A stretch of DNA of 11,710 nt, taken from positions 1 to 11,710 of the forward strand of contig JAYVCD010000008.1 of NCBI GenBank assembly GCA_043750125.1. Direction: 5' to 3'. The notes beneath the pieces were generated by a model, which was not told where the DNA came from, did not search any database, and worked only from the letters and a program-made list of their open reading frames with translations. This stretch comes from Archangiaceae bacterium (lineage in GTDB: Bacteria > Myxococcota > Myxococcia > Myxococcales > Myxococcaceae). How positions within the stretch are numbered: the stretch's first letter is position 1; each line of letters opens with the position of its first letter. This document shows, one piece after another, positions 7,820-11,710 of this stretch. The position numbers and the translations under genes are program-made.

Positions 7820-9001
7820 GTGACGGCGCGGTCAGAGCCGAAGGTTGCGAAAAAGCCGCTGCTCGAGAGGGTGGGAATGCGCTACTTCGAAAAGCGCAGT
7901 GTGATCAGGCCGAGCCTCACCGCGGCCGAGGTAATCGACGCAGTGCACCTGCTCAACCCCACCGAGCGGGCGGCGGTCAAGCGGGTGCAGCGGGGAGCGA
8001 TCATCCGCTCGTGCGTGGCCGGAGCGCTCTCGGCCACCGTCGCAGCGGTGGCCGAGGTCTGGGCCTCTGCCCTTGCGCCCGAAGGCACCGCGCTGCTCAG
8101 CCACGAGAGCTTGAAGTTCTGGGCCATTGTCGGGGGCGCGACGGCGGGTGCGGCGGTGCTCGAAATCCTCTTCTTGTACTGGGACATCTTGCGGTCGGTG
8201 CATGAGCTGTCGCGGGTGACGGGCCTCGCGCTGTTTGCCCCGAGTCAAAAAGAGACCGACCGCCAGATTGCACAGGCGCTGGCCCGGGCGGCGCTCGAGC
8301 TGCCCAACCCGATCGCGCTCCACCACCGAATCGACCCCCGACGAGAGGCATCGAAATGGCGGCTGGTGGTCGCCTCGCTGCTCTACAAGTTGAAGGTGGG
8401 CGTCTCGAATTTCCTGATCAAGATGTTGGTGCGTCGAGCGCTGGGTCGGGTGTTCGTGCGCTCGCTGGTCAACAGCGTGATTCCGTTTGCGGCGGTCCCG
8501 ATTACAGCCGCCTGGAATGGAATCGTGACCGGGAAGGTGATGCGCGAGGCCCGCTTGCGCGCGATGGGGCCGAGCGCGGCGCAAGAGCTGGTCGACGTGG
8601 TCTTTGCCGATGCGCAGCTGTTGTCGACACCGGGGCGCCTGGCGGCGGTGCGGGCCGTCGCGGCAGTGATCGTGCGCACCCAGGATCTGCACCCGAACCT
8701 CGTCGCGCTGTTGGCCGAAGTGCAGAAGAGAGCCGGTGACACCGGCAACGCCGAGCTCGACGACCCCGGCGAATTCCTGCGATCGCTGAAGTTGCTGAAC
8801 GCAAGTGAACAGCGGCTCGCGCTGCGAACGCTGGTGGTCGCCTGCGTCGTCGATGGCAACGTGACGAGGCGCGAGAAGAAGCTGATCGCCGAAGCGTTTG
8901 CAGCGTTGGGTCGCCCGGTGGATTTCGCCCCCGTTCATCGACTGCGCAAGGAGTTCGTCGCGGGCAACGGAGTGGCTGACGACGCGGTGCGGGCGATCTG
9001 A
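7820..9001 (+). CDS. Uncharacterised membrane protein with C-terminal TerB-like motif
   Basis: 393-aa ORF starting 4 bp after the GH1 stop. Several hydrophobic segments; 'LARAALELPNP...IDP'; C-terminal 'ACVVDGNVTRREKKLI' resembles the TerB 'ADG.v...E' motif. Resemblance to the LBF_2804-type family is from memory and unverified. Confidence 0.7.
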   Translation: MTARSEPKVAKKPLLERVGMRYFEKRSVIRPSLTAAEVIDAVHLLNPTERAAVKRVQRGAIIRSCVAGALSATVAAVAEVWASALAPEGTALLSHESLKFWAIVGGATAGAAVLEILFLYWDILRSVHELSRVTGLALFAPSQKETDRQIAQALARAALELPNPIALHHRIDPRREASKWRLVVASLLYKLKVGVSNFLIKMLVRRALGRVFVRSLVNSVIPFAAVPITAAWNGIVTGKVMREARLRAMGPSAAQELVDVVFADAQLLSTPGRLAAVRAVAAVIVRTQDLHPNLVALLAEVQKRAGDTGNAELDDPGEFLRSLKLLNASEQRLALRTLVVACVVDGNVTRREKKLIAEAFAALGRPVDFAPVHRLRKEFVAGNGVADDAVRAI

Positions 9002-9088
9002 ACGACGCAGGGGGAAACGTCCAATTTCCGCTGTTTTTGCAACACCCACCCGCTGTTGCGCCCCTGTAGCGCTACCTGGGCGCCCCTC

Positions 9089-9655
9089 CCCCAGGTGACC
9101 AACCCCGACAACATCTCGGTCGGGCAGAGGCTTCACCTCAAGGCCGGAGCCAGGGGCCCCACGGGGCCGACGGGGCCGGTCGTCACCGTGGGAGGAAGCG
9201 TGGCCGACAAGAAGCGGGCGCAGGCGGTGCAGTTTGCTCTGCGGCAGGCCAATGACCCGAACGTCGGTTACAGCCAGGACCTCGACAAGCGCATGGGTCA
9301 GAACCAGGGCGGCGGCCACCGCTACTACGACTGCTCGGGCCTGATGGTTCAGGCGTACAAGTCGGTCGGAGTGACCCTGGGCGCGAACGACACGCGCAGC
9401 ATGTGGAACAACTGGCAGAGCTGGGCCAAGCAGGTACCCAAGAGCCCGAGCGCGATGAAGCCGGGGGACCTGGTGTTGATCAACTCGGACTCGCCGGTCG
9501 AGCACCACGTGCTGATGTACGTCGGCGGCGGGAAGTGCGTCGCCGCGAGCACCGACGGGATCGAGTTCAGCCGGCAGGTCCGCTACGGCGAGAGCGCCCA
9601 GACCTATTTCGACAAGTACGGCTCGCGCAGCATCGTCCTTCGCCCGAACGTCTGA
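9089..9655 (+). pseudogene. LysM plus NlpC/P60 (C40) peptidoglycan peptidase, 5'-truncated
   Basis: Begins mid-LysM (PQVTNPDNISVGQRLHL), GPT linker, then NlpC/P60 motifs: GYSQ, YYDCSGLM..AY, MKPGDLVL, HHVLMYVGGG. No credible RBS, start codon or first half of LysM. Confidence 0.85.
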
Positions 9656-9680
9656 AACCCCGACCCCAGGGAGCCCCACC

Positions 9681-10205
9681 ATGACCCTCAACAAAGCGGT
9701 CGCCAGGCTGAACAGCGACCTGGCGAGCCTTGCGAAGCCCAGCCTCGTGCAGCACACGGCCGAGCATCAGTACAACCTCGACGTCCTCAAAGAGCGCGCC
9801 GCGATTGGGTTGATCGACAAGCAGAAAAAGCAGATCACCGACCAGTTCGTGGGTGCGACCCAGCCCACGGGCGCCAACGAGCTGAAGCTGTTGAACCAGC
9901 TGTTTGCGCTGGGTCAGAAACGAGTGACGACCACCGATTCATTCGCAGCGACGCTGGCGAAGGACAAGCGGGTGATTTCGGCCGACCGGGGAGCGGTGGG
10001 GAAAGCCCGAGCGCGCGGCCGGGCAGACCTGCGGCCAGGGCAGCGGTCTGCGTGGTGAAGGCGGGCGACTCGATGGGTGGAATCGCCAGGTCGCACGGGA
10101 TGCCGCTCAAAGCACTCGAAGCGGCCAACATCATCGCCGCTGTGCGGTACGCGGTTCATGTCTACGGCTCGATTTCGAACGTGCCGGCGCTACAAGGGCT
10201 ACTGA
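9681..10205 (+). pseudogene. Fragmented gene: helical N-terminal region, LysM first half, and C-terminus of an SLT-type lytic transglycosylase
   Basis: AGGGAG RBS and ATG at 9681, helical region to ADLRP (about 10037). Second frame 10052-10129 VVKAGDSMGGIARSHGMPLKALEAAN (LysM), fused in frame to IIAAVRYAVHVYGSISNVP (10130-10186). Final piece RYKGY* at 10188-10205, ending 1 bp from the convergent gene. Confidence 0.7.
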
Positions 10206-10206
10206 C

Positions 10207-11710
10207 CTACAGGTTGTCCCAGGTATAGCCCTCGGCATCGAGGGCGTGATCGGCCAGCGACTTGATCAGCTCGTCGTCGTTGTCGTCGATTTTCGCAAAA
10301 TGAGATCTGACGCGGCGCCGCACCTGACCCGAGAGGACCTCGAGAATCTCGAGCTCTTTGGTGACCGAGGTGGCGCCGCGTTCCTGCAGCTCGGTCGAGA
10401 CCCGCGAGAGCGTGCAGGCGAGCACGAACAGGTCGATCATCGCGTCGGCGAGCCGCTTGGTCGCGAACTGCTTGCCGATGATGTTCTTCCCGTGCTTTCG
10501 CAAGACGCGATCGACGGCGGCCGCGAGGTCGCGGGTCAGCTCTTCGAACAACAGCTGCTTGTCCTTGATCGCGGGGTGAAGCATCGAGAACCCCGTCTTC
10601 TCGCGTCGAAGCCCGGTCGCCATCGAAGCGCGGCGGCGGGCGTACTCGCTCAACACGCCAAAGCCCTTGATCGGGTTGTCGAAGATTCCGCGCAGTGAGC
10701 TCGACAGCTCTTTGAGCGACGAGCCGACCTCGTTCATCGCGGTCAGCGCGATGAAGAGCCGAAGAATGTCGTTGGTGCCCTCGAAGATTCGATTGATGCG
10801 TGCATCGCGCATCGTGCGCTCGTAGGGGAAGTCACACATGTACCCATTGCCACCGGCGATCTGCAGCGCCTCGTCGGCGGTGCGCCACAGCGCCTCAGAG
10901 CCGAAGACTTTCGCGATCGCGGCTTCGACCGCGTAGTCCTCGCGACCTGAATCGACCAGGTGGTTGACCATGTTCACGGCCGATTCGGTCGCGTAGCAGT
11001 CGACCACCATGTGGCCGATCTTCTGCTTGATCAGCCCGAACTCGGCGATCGGCTTGCCGAACTGAACGCGGTCTTTGGCCTGCTTCGTCGCCAGCTCGAT
11101 CGACTTTTTCATTCCTCCGACGGTGCCGCCCCCCAGGCCCGAACGACCCGAGTTGAGAATTTTCATCGCGACGAAGAAGCCCTTGCCGACTTCTCCGAGC
11201 ACATTGCCGACCGGAATTCGAACGTTGTCGAAGTGCACCGTGGTGGTGGACGACGCGCGCAGTCCCATCTTGTCTTCGTGGGGCCCGACGCTGACTCCTG
11301 GCATGTCGCGCATCACCACGAACGCCGACATGTTTCCACGCTCGGCCTGCCCGCCCGTCTTGGCGAAGACCGTGAAAAACTGGGCGATGCCGCCGTTGGT
11401 GATCCACAGCTTGTTTCCGTTGAGCACCCAGTCGTCGCCGTCGCGCACCGCGGTGGTCTTGATCGACGCGGCATCTGAACCGCTTCCAGGCTCGGTCAGG
11501 CAGAAGGCCGCGATCATCTCGCCGGTGCCGAGCTTCGGCATCCACTTCTTCTTCTGCTCGTCGGTGCCGAACAGCAGCAGGCCGCGCATGCCGATCGAGC
11601 TGTGCGCGCCGACCGTCACGGCCACCGAGCCGTCGTACTTCGCGATCTCCTGCAGCGAGCGCGAATACGAGGTGGCGTTCATCCCCATTCCGCCGTGCTC
11701 CTCGGGGACG
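10207..11710 (-). CDS. Acyl-CoA dehydrogenase, long ACAD9/VLCAD-type with C-terminal extension (5' end outside window)
   Basis: Frame is open to the right edge (VPEEHGGMGM). AFCLTEPGSGSDA, LNGNKLWITNGG, EDKMGLRAS, RVQFGKPIAEFGLIKQK, RDARINRIFEGTNDILRLFIAL, plus the extension 'LRKHGKNIIGKQFATKRLADAMIDLF'. Confidence 0.93.
   Translation of the reverse strand, partial: VPEEHGGMGMNATSYSRSLQEIAKYDGSVAVTVGAHSSIGMRGLLLFGTDEQKKKWMPKLGTGEMIAAFCLTEPGSGSDAASIKTTAVRDGDDWVLNGNKLWITNGGIAQFFTVFAKTGGQAERGNMSAFVVMRDMPGVSVGPHEDKMGLRASSTTTVHFDNVRIPVGNVLGEVGKGFFVAMKILNSGRSGLGGGTVGGMKKSIELATKQAKDRVQFGKPIAEFGLIKQKIGHMVVDCYATESAVNMVNHLVDSGREDYAVEAAIAKVFGSEALWRTADEALQIAGGNGYMCDFPYERTMRDARINRIFEGTNDILRLFIALTAMNEVGSSLKELSSSLRGIFDNPIKGFGVLSEYARRRASMATGLRREKTGFSMLHPAIKDKQLLFEELTRDLAAAVDRVLRKHGKNIIGKQFATKRLADAMIDLFVLACTLSRVSTELQERGATSVTKELEILEVLSGQVRRRVRSHFAKIDDNDDELIKSLADHALDAEGYTWDNL

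Noticed and set aside
9056..9088. TTG at 9056 as the start of the NlpC/P60 gene
   Set aside because: No RBS, residues do not resemble LysM, and the sequence looks like promoter or leader DNA.
9155..9178. Collagen-like GPT repeat
   Set aside because: Fewer than three full triplets; a simple linker.
18..11545. Many long overlapping ORFs (932-2251, 2195-3454, 3846-5012, 6337-7662, 7832-9757, 10895-11545 and others)
   Set aside because: Antisense or off-frame shadows of recognisable genes in high-GC DNA; Arg/Gly/Pro-rich with no family motifs.
1..11710. CRISPR array, tRNA/rRNA, IS element, prophage or defence island
   Set aside because: No regularly spaced repeats, RNA gene signatures, transposase, integrase or defence domains were seen.

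Overview
GC-rich bacterial chromosomal window; gene content and style suggest Myxococcota, which is an inference. Minus strand, right to left: a lipoprotein, a FadE24/FadE23-like acyl-CoA dehydrogenase (ACAD) pair (both broken), a LigC-type ATP-dependent DNA ligase, an NFACT/RqcH-family protein, and a signal-peptide protein (probable outer-membrane protein) running off the left edge that the ORF track missed. Plus strand: hemJ, a GH1 beta-glucosidase, a membrane protein with a TerB-like tail, then two broken cell-wall hydrolase genes (LysM-NlpC/P60 and helical-LysM-SLT). These converge on a long ACAD9/VLCAD-type dehydrogenase cut by the right edge. The most striking pattern is about six internal deletion junctions in four genes, several at apparent short microhomologies. 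They leave two complementary LysM halves about 1 kb apart in reversed order. A C10 homopolymer frameshift suggests a low-coverage long-read consensus artefact, but real microhomology-mediated decay cannot be excluded from sequence alone. No RNA genes, CRISPR arrays or mobile elements were seen.
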